Assembly (NCBI GenBank): GCA_016748015.1
Contig: JAAOMT010000519.1
Location: 300,258 to 364,257 of the forward strand
DNA: 64,000 nucleotides
Direction: 5' to 3'
Origin: Geosiphon pyriformis uo1
Lineage: Eukaryota; Fungi; Glomeromycota
A program made the position numbers and the translations under genes. Under the pieces are notes generated by a model that was not told where the DNA came from, made no database searches, and worked only from the letters and a program-made list of their open reading frames with translations. This document shows positions 1 to 13,424 of the stretch, one piece after another; the stretch's first letter is position 1, and the number at the start of each line of letters is the position of its first letter.

Positions 1-315
1 ATTTTTTTTTGTTTTATCCAATATTAAACAATTTTCTAATGGCTGAATTACTTCTTCATAGACTTCCGGATGTATTTGAGCCCAAGTCATCGAATTTGGT
101 CTTTTCTGTGTCATATTTATGGGCAAAAGTCTCGCTACATTAAACTTTTTCTTTCCATTTTTACAAACAGGCCGATTGGTCGGAGTATGACACCGTTCTC
201 GAGATCGTCGAAAGACGAGTAGAGTAAAAATGAAGAGAAACCAGACGATTAAGACGGCGCAGAATAAATAAAATGCTCGGTCTGAGAAATTCTCAAATTT
301 GAATTCCATTTTCAT
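1..315 (-). CDS. Partial ORF (runs off the window edge) for a single N-terminal-TM protein
   Basis: Not in the ORF track because no stop lies in the window. ATG at 315 opens 105 stop-free codons: MKMEFKFENFSDRAFYLFCAVLIVWFLFIFTLLVFRRSRERCHTPTNRPVCKNGKKKFNVARLLPINMTQKRPNSMTWAQIHPEVYEEVIQPLENCLILDKTKKN. Hydrophobic helix followed by RRSR. Confidence 0.6.
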   Translation of the reverse strand, partial: MKMEFKFENFSDRAFYLFCAVLIVWFLFIFTLLVFRRSRERCHTPTNRPVCKNGKKKFNVARLLPINMTQKRPNSMTWAQIHPEVYEEVIQPLENCLILDKTKKN

Positions 316-879
316 GCATGTATATACATATGAATATAGTGTATTTATATCTGTTCTAGCAGTAAAAATGATTGAAAGATGACAATATATGCTAGTATTT
401 CTAACTCCAAGCGGTTCTCCAGTTTTTGCCTTCGCCAGCTTCAAACTTATGCAAAATATGTTTAGCGTTTGTAGTTGAGCTTAAATCTAAAAAGTTTTGT
501 TACTATTTAATATACTTAAGTTGAAACAGCTATGATGAAACAACAATAATTGAGATTGAATAAAAAGGCCAGCTTAAACTAAATTCAAGTGTGATCTTCC
601 TTTTCAAATTTTAGCTTCGGGGAAAATGTAGAAAAGTTTAGATTTGTTTATGAATCTCATAGATCTGATGCTCTCTATCACAAATTCTGATTCTCATTAA
701 GTTATTTTTATTATCGATAAGTTTTCTACCCACAAGAAGGATCGTATTAGTAAACACGATCAAACAGAATAGCAAACTTTTCTTTCAAGGAGGCCTTTGA
801 ACTTTTTCTTTCACTTTTTAATACTTGAAAGGACTTTTAATGAAAATAACTCTAAACCTTTATTCATGCATTTGTCACC

Positions 880-1275
880 ATGTCAATTTTCATAATTCTG
901 GGTATCGTTGGTATCTTTTTAATCCTACTGATAGTTTCAATATATATTTTCAAAAAGGCCCTTATAAACGATGGCACTAAATTTAAACCTGATTCTAATA
1001 CAAGAACCTTGAAGGTTGCTGAAAGTCAGCCTGTTGATTCACCATCAGATATGATTCCAATCCAAGAAAATGAATTTGAAGAAAAAAAACTACAAATCTC
1101 TAAACGAAAACTCGAAGCCGTTATAGCAGAAGTACCAACTGCTTGGATAGCTTCGGAGCTTTCATCATCACCTATGATGATTGAGCCGATATTGCCAGAT
1201 GGTCATGATGAAATGGTATTGGGACAACCATCTTCATCGAAAATCAATCCACCTTTGGAGATTCACGTTGAATAG
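880..1275 (+). CDS. Hypothetical signal-anchored (single N-terminal TM) protein, 131 aa
   Basis: ATG start, about 22 hydrophobic residues followed by KK, polar tail, coding-like composition against the AT-rich flanks. Confidence 0.65.
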   Translation: MSIFIILGIVGIFLILLIVSIYIFKKALINDGTKFKPDSNTRTLKVAESQPVDSPSDMIPIQENEFEEKKLQISKRKLEAVIAEVPTAWIASELSSSPMMIEPILPDGHDEMVLGQPSSSKINPPLEIHVE

Positions 1276-3376
1276 CTGTGCATTATCAATCTAGATTCAA
1301 ATTGCCAAATTTCTTTTTACTTGGCCAAAATTACCTTTTTGAATTCTAAAATCCAAAGTTAATCCTACTTCAACTGTAAAATTTTTTTGAAAGAAATAAA
1401 ACATTGAAGACTGCTTAATCCACATGAATTACTTTCCCCAATAATATAGCAATTAGTTAATCCAAAAAATATCAAACACTTTTAATAAGGAAAAGTTAGT
1501 TTTTTGAACCAAATAATTGCCGTTTGACGAACAAACTTAAATCCTCGCTGATGTTTAACGAGGGATATTTCAGAGAAAAGCTAAACTTGAAAATTTTGTG
1601 ATATATTTTTTCCTTGTTAAAAATCAACAATAGTCGTTTCAGTATTTGCCAAGGCTTCAATTTAAAAATACTATTGAAAACATGCTAGAAATGGTGTGTG
1701 TGTATAATTGAGACCAAAAAGTAGACATCAGAATGTGATACTAATTAGATTCTCTAAACTAAATTGGAATTTATTTAAACCTTAATTTTTTTGTGATTGC
1801 TATCAAAGACTTAAACCACAAGAATTGTAATGGTTTTATATCCCTTAGCAAACTTTATCAGTATAAATTTAAGCAAAGCTCATAAGATCTTGATTAAAAT
1901 ACTATTTTATAATTTTTCTCGTGCTCAATACCTAGCTCCAAAATATTTGGTCTGAATTTTACAATCTAAATTTAGGTTTGGTTTCAACAATAAAAAAGGG
2001 CCACTATTGCTTCCTAATTAAAATGAAAGAACTTACCCAAAATTTTTAAAATGATTTTTCAAAATAAATAGAAGGTTTCTTAGAAAAGTTATAATTTAAC
2101 ACTGAATTCTCTTAAAATAACAGCAACAAAATCAAATTTTGGGATCCACAACTAGGGATAAATTTTTGAGCAAACAATTGTGGAAGTTACGATACATGTA
2201 TTTTCGAACTAACAACAACAGTGGAAATACTAATCGGGCAAAAATCAAGGGCTTAGACATCAATAAAAAACCTAAATGCCGAAAAATAATAAAATAACAG
2301 GTTATTGAAAAAATCAAAATAAGTCAATTTGTGACCTCACATGACCGCCTATTTTTCTGCTTTTGTGCTTTTATGTCCCATTCACGTTATCAACCCGTCT
2401 CTTTTGCGTTTCACGCCCTTTAACAGTCGCAACGTTAAACATGATTTCTTAAGGTGTTCACAATCGAAATCTGACATTATCAAGGGCCATATAAAAGCTA
2501 TCAAAGATTTAAGGTTCCTTTTCCGTGACATGAATGATGGCTCTGGTAACTACAAAGTACTTTTGATTACTAAAGATATAGAAAAAATAGTAAGGTATTA
2601 AAATCTCCACCAAGTCCATGCCCAATAAACACAATATTCGAAAAACTATTGATTAAAGTGTCCTTCAAGTGCTGCCGAATGACAGTTCTACTTCTTTAAG
2701 CAATTGTGAATCAACACGTTCATTCGTCTAAGGTAAATTTAGCTGCACTAATGTTGAATTTTTCGAACTCCATTCTTGCCTTGTTAATTTCTTTTGTGTA
2801 AAAGAGAAATTATTGATGTTATTTTGGTGGAAAAAAAAGGTATACCATTCATGAAAATCAAAGATCTGAATTGGAGAACCTTGATTTATATCTAATTTTT
2901 GAGCGAATTTAATATTTTTTAAATCTATTAAATTTTTTTGATATCTATGCATCCAAAAATAAATATCAATAGCATGAAAGTTGCCATTATAATTTTAGAT
3001 CTGCTTTGAAGATTGAGTTTAAACTGCATTTCAATTTAAAATAAAATTCAATTATAGCTAATTTTTAAAGGATGAAGACAATGTGAGAGATGGAATATAA
3101 CCGAGATGGTTTATATAATAACCAAAATGTATGTATTCTCTACAAAATTTTGGGAAACAAAATCCGATGAATTTATTATTTATTAATTTGACATACACCT
3201 ATGATTTTGACACTCTCAAATCGTGTTCAGCCTCGAAATTTCACTCAAACTATACAGATAAGTCTAACTGATTCATTTCAAAAGATAAAAAGGGGATAGC
3301 TGTCTGAATATGATTCGAGACTGCCAAGATCATATGTGTCTTTCAAATTAATGAACTAATAGGTTTTCTTTTGGCA

Positions 3377-3683
3377 TTAAAAGTCTCAGAATTAATGAAG
3401 TATCTCTTATAATTCTCAATTATATTTTAAAAAATAATAAATAAATAAATAAATGCAGTGGATTTTGTTTCCTAAATGTCTCTGGAAAATAAACACTTTG
3501 CTTGTTAAATAAACAATCTTAATGATATATTCTATATCTTACATGATTTTCATCTTTCAAGAATTGTTTCTTTATTCTCTATAGACATTTAGGAAATAAA
3601 ATTCAATGTATAAATTTATTTATTTGTTTCTTTAAATATTTCTGGGAATTACAAGAAATGTTCCATCAATTTTGAGATTTTAA
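3377..3683. repeat. Degenerate fold-back / MITE-like inverted repeat (arms about 115 bp, spacer about 78 bp)
   Basis: 3377-3493 (ttaaaagtctcagaattaatgaag...tttcctaaatgtctctggaaaataaa) aligns with the reverse complement of 3571-3683 (ttaaaatctcaaaattgatggaac...tttcctaaatgtctatagagaataaa). TTAA at both outer ends. Confidence 0.7.
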
Positions 3684-5249
3684 GGGTTTTCCACAAATAA
3701 GATTTTTATCAAAAGAGGATTCGATAAACAATAATTGAGTTGACATTATACAATATTCACTGAAATTTCTGAAAATTCTAAAGAAATTTTCTTAATGTGT
3801 TTTATAATATGTATTTGAATTTTTGCTTTTATATTATTAAACATGAAGTTGATATACTAACCCTAAAATTAGATATATTCAGTCATTTGCTGGACAAAGC
3901 ATATCTTGACTAATGTTATTAAACCTATAAAAAAGGATAATTAATAAAACATTTTAATTCAAATAATTTAGTATTTTTAATCGGATTTCAAAATATATTT
4001 CAAGTTAGCACAATCTCTAACTGAGAAATTTTTCGCTTGCTTCAAAGAGTAACATAACACTTATTGAAATTTAGGACGATACCTTTGTACACATAAAGAA
4101 ATTGGTAAAGAAAAAAAATGAATTTTTAAAGTTTTGTTTTGTTTTGTTTAAATATTGTTAATACAAGAAATATCATTTCGTGCAATTCAATAAAAAATTT
4201 TATTTATTTTAATTTAATAAAAATAATCAAGTATTTAAAGTGTAATGTAATTAGCACTTCCAATTACTTATTTTTATGTACAGCTGATTTAGAAATTAAG
4301 AATAAAGTGGTAAGTAGAGTTTGGGCATTTAAAAGTCAGTAACAGAAGCTTTTTACAATAAATCAATAGTTATATAATAATTAGGAAATCTGATGCCAAA
4401 ATGCAAAGATAAAGATGGAGAGATTAATATTATTTTTATATAATATTAATTAAAATTTTTGTTTTTTGGGAAGTAATATAAAAAAGTATTGGGAATTTTT
4501 AAAAAACATTAAATTAGTGTAATTGAAAATTGCTAATCTTGTTAAAAAAAATTGATAATAGTTATTATAAGAAAATTTGAATATTTTGAACAAAATTTAG
4601 AATTAATATAAAAAAAGCAGATATAATTAGAACTAATGACTTAAATACATTAAGAAAAACAAAAGTTTTAAATAAAAACTTTAATAAATTTGTAATTATA
4701 TTGTGAGTTTTAAAGGTTTAAAAAATTTTATATATATTATATATTATATAGTATTTTTAAGATTATAAAGTCTTAATAGCTTTGCTTTAATTTATTGTTT
4801 TGTCTAGCTAATTAGTGTAATCTTAACTGTTTTAAATAGTTGTTAATATATAAAAAACACATAAGTTGCTTTTAATATGTAATATTTTTGGTTACATATT
4901 TTCAAATTATAGTTGAATTACATTTAGTTAACACATTAATAAAAAACAAAGTATAATCCAATTACTACTAAATTTATAAACAAAAAATATTGCGCATTAA
5001 AAACAATATATATGTTAATTATATGTGACCAATGCAATTTTAAATTGAAAAGCTTAAAACTTAAAGTTTTATATTTACTAAAATACCATAACTTATAATA
5101 CTTTCAATAAATAACCCAATATTAAAATTAAGAAAAATATACAAAAATCCAGTTATTTTAATGAAAATCAACCAATAAATATTTTACCAACAATGACGCA
5201 GAAATAAAATCAGTAAAATATTATAAAAACAATTCTAATTTTTGCTACT

Positions 5250-7630
5250 AAGTATATAAACTAAAATCAAATTAAAAAATTGTCTTAGAAATATTACTTA
5301 GATTATTACCGGTTAGCAAAAATTAACATTAAAGGAGAAATAATAGATGTTGCATGTACAAAAAACATTAAAATAATGCTTCAGAATGAAATAAAAAAGC
5401 GATTTATTGTTGGACCAATTAAAAAATATACCCAAGCTATCTATTTATTTCTAATCCAAATTCCGCATTTACAATTGGTTCAAAAACGTAAAAAACTATG
5501 TATTAGTAAACATAGAATTCAGAGGTTTGATTTCATAGATTGCTTTACTATATTAGTAAATACATAAAAATTTTACCAAATTTAAACTTCTTTAAACTAT
5601 TATAATTCCAACTTTTGGAATACATCAAGAAGCTTATATTTGTCTCAAACCCAATTACTACTCATCAAAATTTTGAATTCAATAAACAGATATGCCAAAA
5701 AAATTGATTTACTATTTTTAATATTTTTATTTTCAAAGGTTCAAAAAAGTCAGAATAGTATTTTTTAATCCTAATAGTTATTCAGTTATTTTATTTAATA
5801 AATTAAATATTAAAATTATACATTACAATATTTTTTAACATAAATTACTCCAATGTATTCCTAATTTTACAAAAATTATTGAATATTTACTTTTAAAACC
5901 AATCACTTTTTCCACATCCAAGATTTATTATTGCCAAACAGAAAAACTTTCTTGAATTAATATAAAAAGCTAGAAATGCACTAACAGAGACAACTTAAAT
6001 AGCTCTTAACCAAAATTTTGAATATCTTTGCACAAGATAATAATAATTTTAAAAAAATTGGTATTGTTAAACATAGCATATACACAGAAATGCTTAATAA
6101 TTTAGACAATAAACATACAGAGTTTCAATAACCAGCCACCAATTTATTCGAAAAGAAGTCCAAAAAATGTCAACAATAATCTTATGAAAAAATACTTATC
6201 TTTTGTCCAAAATTAATAATATGTTGAAAAATCTAAATGGTTCTTAATCTTAGATTTGACCAGTAGCTATTAACAAGTTGAATAAGTCTTAAGAACCAGA
6301 AAAAACAGCATTGACTACCCAAGAAAAAAATTATGAATTTACCAATACACTAGCAATATTTTAATGATTAATAAATATTATACTCTAAATTATTATAAAA
6401 GTCAATAGGTGTGTATTTGGATAACACTGACATTTTTTATTAATATTTAAAGCTTATTTACAATATCTGCAAAAAGTTTTCAAAAATTATGAAAAGCAGG
6501 TTAAAATTAAATATTAAAAAATACCCTTTTTATCAAAAAAGTTTAGTATTTTTGACCACATTATTAGCCAGCATAAAGTCAAACCAAATCCTGGTAAAAT
6601 TGAAAAAATACAAAGCTTTTTAGTACTTTAAAACACACCTGAGCTTAGAGAATTTTTAGAATTAGTTTCATATTACCGAAAATTTTCAGCTATTGCAAAT
6701 CCTCTTAGTTATTTGCTCAACAAAAATTTTAAGTGAATCTCTGAACAACAAAAATTTTCAAACCAGTTGATAACAGCTTTAATCTATTTTATACTTATTT
6801 TAACAAAAAATTTTACTCGTTAACGAATGCATTTTACCCAAAATTTGGTGCTATTTTGTTTCAATTAGATGACAATAAAAAATAAAGTTGCAGTATATGT
6901 CAGCATAATCCGAAAAACAATCAAAAAAATTATGGTGTATTAAATGCAAAACAGCAGCTCTTATATGAGTCTTTAAACATTTTTACCAATATTTTCTTAA
7001 AAAATAGTTTAACGTATTTATTACAATATTGGACTTAAATAACTTGCCAACACAGCTGAATTAAATTTAAAACAAGCCAATTAAAATAAATTCTTAACCA
7101 ACTTTAATTATTTTATTATAAATCAGAAAAGTTTTATACCAATATTAATAGAGTTTTTAGCATATTTGCAATCAACTCTAAAACAAAATCAATAAATTCA
7201 GAAAACGTTAACACTTATTATATTGATAAAACTGATATTAAGTAAAAAACATTTTTTCAACAACTAAGTAAAACAATGTTCTTTATTATCAAAATTTTAA
7301 AGACCCAAATAATTTATTTAGAGTAATTCGAAAACCAGAAAAAGAAGCAATTCTTTACAACATGCATTTAGATTTATTATTAAACATTTTGGAGAAAAAA
7401 CAATACAATTCAAAGAACTTCTTAACATTATTTTTGGTCTTAAATACAAAAACACATTAGATAATATGTTAAAATCTGTAACAATTGTCAAACAAGAGAA
7501 GAAACCAAATCAACAGAATTTTTAAATTTAATCAAAGTTGAATAATTATTTTAGAATTAATTTAATTGAACTTCCACTTATTACAACTAAAAAACCTAAT
7601 ACATTGTAGTAACACTAGATTATTTTAAGA
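5250..7630 (+). mobile_element. Heavily degraded Ty3/Gypsy LTR-retrotransposon pol remnant (protease?-RT-RNase H-integrase Zn finger)
   Basis: Hand translation across stops and frameshifts: KWFLILDLTSSY*QV (about 6235-6279; consensus LDLASGYWQV), EKTALTTQEKNYEF, VYLDN (6411-6425; YLDD), AGLKLNIKK, HIISQHKVKPNPGKIEKI, ELREFLELVSYYRKF, RNase H TNA..GAILFQ, integrase H..HFG..YFW..YVKICNNCQ (about 7360-7495). Domain order RT-RH-INT is Gypsy-type. The 5' boundary is approximate. Confidence 0.85.
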
Positions 7631-8471
7631 AATTTCGAATGCGTTGTTTTAATTCTATTTGCTATTTGAATATTGAAATGAAAGTTTTAAATATTTTTTA
7701 AATCAAAATAATATTTAAAAGTTTTATTTTTATTTATATTAGCAAAAAATTATTAGGCAATTCTTTTAACAGCTTTACCAACAGTTTTTTAAATAAATCA
7801 GATAAATAAAAACTTAAAATTATTATCATATTGATTAACTGTAATAGCTTAAAAAAAAGCAAATATGTAATGTTTTAAAAAGTTAATACTATGTTGTTAT
7901 TTAGATTGATGGTCATTACATCAAAAATAACAGTGTTAAAAAAGTGCTTAATTTGTTTAAAAGATTGTTTGTTTTAACTAAGTGGTGAATAGCGAATTTA
8001 ATAATTTAAACTTAGAAAACAATTGATTAAAAGTAATTAAATAAATTAATTGGTTAATACAATTGTTTTTTATAAGCATTATTAAAATAAATTTTTGTTA
8101 AATGTTTGTTAAAAACCATGGTTAAAAATTTTTTCCAACAAAGAAACAAATTAAATCTGAAAAAAAATCGATTTCAATATAATTAAGATTGTTTACAAAA
8201 TGGTAAATAAATTAAATTTTGAAACATTACAAAAAGCATTATTTTTATGTTCTAAGTTAGAATAACATGTTAGTTGTTTTTCAATAATTATTTTTTCAAT
8301 AATAAAAATAAAAAAAAGAGAAAAAATTGTAATTTTTTGTTTTAAAATATTCAAATTAAAGAAAATTAAGGTATAAAAATAATAATAAGAAATTAGCATG
8401 CTAATACTTAAATAGTCAAATGTTTTTTATAACTTTAAAAATTTTTGCTTATATGTCTTTTAAAAGAAATG

Positions 8472-8576
8472 AATAATCAAGTTAATAATCAAATCAACAA
8501 TTAAGTCAATAAACAAGTTAATAACTAAGTTAACAATTAAGTTATTAATCAGATTAATGATTAAGTCAACAATTAA
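8472..8576 (+). repeat. Degenerate 12-bp tandem repeat, about 9 units (aa[tc]aat[ct]aagt[tc])
   Basis: aataatcaagtt/aataatcaaatc/aacaattaagtc/aataaacaagtt/aataactaagtt/aacaattaagtt/attaatcagatt/aatgattaagtc/aacaattaa. The 4-codon period suggests a former coding repeat (N/D-N/D-Q-V). Confidence 0.75.
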
Positions 8577-10596
8577 TTTTAAAATTAAAACGGCTAATAC
8601 ATAAATAAATATATTAAAAATAAGTATTATCAAAGAAAATAGAAAAATTGAACTGTAATAATATATAAAATAAATAAAAAATACCAGTAATTTATTGTAT
8701 TACAATTTGTTTTAATAATAAACCTGTTTTTACAAAATTGAATAAAATATTTAAAAAAATCACTTTTTTTTGATTTATAAGGCTAATAAGTGAATTTAAC
8801 TATGTAATTCATACTTCATTATTGACCAAAGTTTTTTATAAAATTTAAATTGAGACTATAGGTGGTTTAAAATATTTATTTTTTTTGTAATAAAAATTTT
8901 TGTCATATGAACTGGGACATAGTCTTGTTAAAGTTTTTTTTCCAAAAAAATCTGAATGACAAAATTAGATGTTTTTTAATAGCTTAGCTTAAATGTACAA
9001 TAAAAAAACTCTTGCTTAATCATTTTTATGAATTAAAACAAAATAACAAATTAATGTTGTGAATAAATTAAAATAAGATTTAAAAATTATTTTTGATTCA
9101 ACTTTCATTTGTAATAACAGAAAATATTTTTATTTTGAACAATTAAAAATTCGAATTATTTACATGAAAATGTGCTAAAAATTTGTAGCAAACCAGTTTG
9201 TCTTTTAAAAAGTTTTTTGAATTGATGTGCCTTTTATACATATTAGACCAAAAACAAAAAAAGTTTGAAATTATTAAAATTTTACTATTTGTTGGTCTTA
9301 GTTTTTTGGCATATTACTGTGGAATTCACAAATACATTTTATATTAATGCAATTTTTTATAATTATCTATAATGGTTATGAAAAATGCCGCAAAAGATTG
9401 TTTTAAAATGAGTTGACTATTTTTAGTTAAATTTACAAGTTTTTTAAAAAAATTATCCTATAAATTTGAGAATTTTAAAACTTCAAATTTCTTAATCAAA
9501 TAGAAAACTTAATCCTACAAAACTCTATATTATTGAAAGCACAAATTTTATAAAACACAAAAGACTCATTAATTAACAAATATATCAAAAATGAACCTAT
9601 ATAAAAATATTAATAAAATTAAAAAACGAGAATATATAACATAAAAGAGATAATGTTCTGCAAAAATAATACCACTTAATAATTCTTATAAAATTGTTCA
9701 ATATATTCACAATTTATACGAAATTAATTGCGAAATTCAATTAAAACAAGAACTAAGATTTTATGTATAACAGTTTCAAGGCATTTAATTAAACATAAAC
9801 ATAAAAATGGTTTATTACTTGAAACATTTTTGCCTATTTTGGTTCAAGAAATTTTGTTACAAAGATCTGTTTTTATTTAAATAATAATTCAATTATTCTA
9901 AAACATTATTAAACATTAATATAAAAATTCCCAATTAATTTGTCCAATACCAACTTATTTTTATAGTATATTGAGTGCCCAATATTTCTTATATCATTTT
10001 TTATTATATCATTAATAAATTCAATAAAAATATTTTTAAAAAATAATTTAAATGAAAACATGATATAAAAATTAAATTTGACCAATCTTAAAAATTAAAT
10101 TAGGTAAAATTATTTTTTCAAACTATAAATAAGTTTTGTACTTATTACTAATTTTAAAAAAGTTTTTTCAACATGCAGAAAAATAAATTTTTGAAAAAAT
10201 ATTTAATTAAAATAAAGCAAAGTCAAGACATGAAATTGTAGCATTTTTTTTACACATTTAGAGAAAATTTAAATCCTGAACATAATTGTTGTTGCTATGG
10301 GAGAATTTTATTTAAACAAAAAATTTTCATTTATCGTCAAAAAGTTTCGCTATACATTTAAAATGAAATTTCCCAAAATAGTTAAAGCATGTATGAATTA
10401 CTTCTCTGGTATAAAATGCGCATTCTTGAAGAAATGTAATAGCATAATAATACCTCCTGAATAAATTAGAGTCAGCGTCAGAAAGAATCAAAGTAGAGCT
10501 AGATAGAATGCGCATCGATAAAAAAAGATGTAATGTCAGGGAATCATCTTTGTGAAGCATGTTTTATAAATTCTTATCTCGAAACATCAGTGTCTT

Positions 10597-11577
10597 TTAT
10601 TTGCGTAGAGAACGAAATTCTGGAATTAAATAAACGATAAGCGATTCTAGTACAGCTACTCGCTCTTCCATTTGCCATAAATTAATCGGGTCATTAATTG
10701 GTAGAGCAGTAGGAGTTTCTGGACAGATGAAGGTGTTTATAGGATTTTGAGAATGAGTCATATCTTGAAATTGGTAATCATCCTTCGAAATTGGGTCCTC
10801 GGTGACATTTAGATATGATTGGTTGCTCATTGGAAGTAGATTGGCACCTGATTCAAAATTTACTTGCCCAAAAGGTTTATTTATAGTTTCTGTCGGAAAG
10901 TATTGTGAAACTACACTCGTATCATCCGGAGGAGTTGGGAATCCAAAAGAGAGATCTATCGGTTGTTCCGTGACACATTGAGAGACAAGCACATTTTCAG
11001 GTGAGTTATGATTGAAATCAATCGGTGAATTTAGGGAGGGCGAGTGCAACAGTGGCAATCTTTCGGGGAAATTAATATCCTTTCCATGTGGAAATGATCC
11101 ATTGTTTTGTGGTTTATTTGATGTTAAATCACTGGATCGTAGGGATGAAAAATCTGAACAAAATTCGAAGGAATTTGAGGATAAATTCTGGTATGGTGAT
11201 GAGAATTGGAAGATAGTTGATGATTCTCTCTTTAAAATTTGATGATTAAAGTAATCAAGTGTATCCTTATCCTTATTGCCTGATAAGGTTTCCTCTCTTT
11301 GCTGCTGCAATAGAGATTCTGAACCATATATAGGATTATGATAAAAATTTTTGCGATATCCCGAATTAGCTCTCCAAGGATTTGTTGCAAAATTTGAAGA
11401 TACTCTCATTCTCGTGTTTTCTGTTTTGGATTTTTTTTTAATTGGAATGAAAATCTTTTTATTGGTTTCCCTTTTCCTTAAATTTCTCATATTAGAAATG
11501 GGTGAAGAAAATGAAGAATTTTTTGACGAACAAATTTCATTCAATTTTAATTGTTCTTTTGAAGTGTTATTCGACAT
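10597..11577 (-). CDS. Intronless, largely disordered S/N/P-rich protein (326 aa) with NLS-like basic patches and a C-terminal zipper-like helix; possible nuclear regulator
   Basis: Long ORF; first ATG at 11577 (MSNNTSKEQ); RKR and PIKKKSK patches; C-terminal LWQMEERVAVLESLIVYLIPEF. Confidence 0.75.
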   Translation of the reverse strand: MSNNTSKEQLKLNEICSSKNSSFSSPISNMRNLRKRETNKKIFIPIKKKSKTENTRMRVSSNFATNPWRANSGYRKNFYHNPIYGSESLLQQQREETLSGNKDKDTLDYFNHQILKRESSTIFQFSSPYQNLSSNSFEFCSDFSSLRSSDLTSNKPQNNGSFPHGKDINFPERLPLLHSPSLNSPIDFNHNSPENVLVSQCVTEQPIDLSFGFPTPPDDTSVVSQYFPTETINKPFGQVNFESGANLLPMSNQSYLNVTEDPISKDDYQFQDMTHSQNPINTFICPETPTALPINDPINLWQMEERVAVLESLIVYLIPEFRSLRK

Positions 11578-13201
11578 TACTAATTGTACCAAAAAAATTG
11601 AAAAGGGCTTTTAAATATTGGTTTAATTATATTCAGAACAAATGATCGTGGGTGCCTAACTATTTTTAAATCCGTGAGATGTTTTAATGCAGTGAAACAA
11701 TAATTGTTTCTCACAGCGAAAAATAACTTGTGAGAGCGAAATTAATTACTTAAATTAATAAAAAAACCTAAATTCGATGTATAACAAACATCAAGCATCC
11801 ATGAGATCTTGGATTAAAATTCAAAAAGTCCTTGCTTGTAAAAAAAAAACGATCCATAGAAATGGATTAAATATCAAATCATTTTGAATCGATTTCAAAA
11901 TTATTATTTCGAAACTTCTAGAATTATTATTATTATTTATTGTAAATTTAAAGCTTCCGGTTATTATCGGTGGAAAAATTTTCCTGCTAAAAAATCTAAA
12001 AATTTAGAAATTTCTATTTTAGTATATGATTTATTATTATTAAAAAAACTTAAAAGTCAGGTCATGATGAGCACTACAGGTAAAATAAGTTGTTGAATCT
12101 AATTTATTTAACCAGCATGTATTTTTTGTTTGTATACAATAAACCTTTTGTATAATTTTAAAAAGTCCCCATATCGGTTAATGAATTGTGTGAGTTTAAA
12201 GTTTAACTTGAAACCTTATTAGATTTATATATTCATTTTCTTTTGGAAGGTTTAATTCTATCGAATTATAAATTATTGAACTACAAACAACAGCCCAGAC
12301 ACTTTTGCCTGGATTTTCGGTTTGAAAATATTTGTGGACCAACATACATATATTTACTAATATCGATATACACAAAAACTTTGCCACAATTTTTATAGGC
12401 CAAGTTTTTAAATCCATCATAAACTAATAAATCCTACGTTCAGATTAATAATCAAACTTTTACAACAATTTTGAACAAAATACTTTTATTTAATATGTCA
12501 TAAATTTTCTTCCAACAATTTCTAAAGAAAAATTTTTAGACTGAATTTGACTTTCTTCCTAAATTATAGATTTAAGAAATGTACTCAATTATGGTATCGA
12601 TACAAAGGTATGACGAAATGTTTTCTGTATTAAAAATCATTTTGAGGCAAGAGAAATCAATTCCAAATATTTTTATCTCGCTGTTTTTTTCTGACGCAAT
12701 TTCTTTATCGATAAAATTTTATTAATAAAATTTGAACTTTTTAGATTTTTAAACAAATGTCTAGTCATTTTAAATGGAACTCTAAGCTTATTAAACTTTC
12801 ACTCATGTATGGTGATATCATTAAGAAGAAATCGATCCTTAACCATCAAGTTGGGAGTTGAGTTATCTAATTTTATTTGCATTACCAGAATTGGTTAAGG
12901 ACTTGTCATTCCATTAATATAAGGGATTGACGTTTCGATTTTGGCACCTGTTTTGACTCTTTAAATTTTAATTTCCCTAATGAAAATGTAAGAAAAGGTT
13001 AGCTTTGAATTCTTACATTTAGATAACCTTCTAAGAAATTGTATTTTGTCAATGTAGAAAGAGATATCAACACGATGAAGCTCAAAAAAAAATTATTTGT
13101 TTTATGCTATACAAAGTTCTCACGCCTAGTAACGATTAGCGTTTTAGCCTTGTTTAAATCGCTTAATTAGATGGTATTTTGTAAAGAGACATCACATTTA
13201 A

Positions 13202-13424
13202 TCTATTTTTTACCATTTATATAGAATGACCAAACATTGAATGTCAAAAATTAAACCCAAGGCATTAAAATGAATTAAATATGGTTCTAGTTCCTTGTCA
13301 AAGCTTCTGTTTTTTTTTTACCATTTATTCAGAATTAACAAACATTGAATATCGAAAATTAGATTCAAGACATTAAAATGAATTAAATATAGTTCTAGTT
13401 CCTTGTCAAAGGTTCTATTTTTTT
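13202..13424 (+). repeat. Tandem duplication, two copies of about 108 bp
   Basis: ccatttat...caaacattgaat...cattaaaatgaattaaatat[ga]gttctagttccttgtcaaag occurs at 13213 and at 13321. Confidence 0.9.

Noticed and set aside
8472-13424. CRISPR-like array
   Set aside because: The repeats are contiguous with no unique spacers, and the context is eukaryotic.
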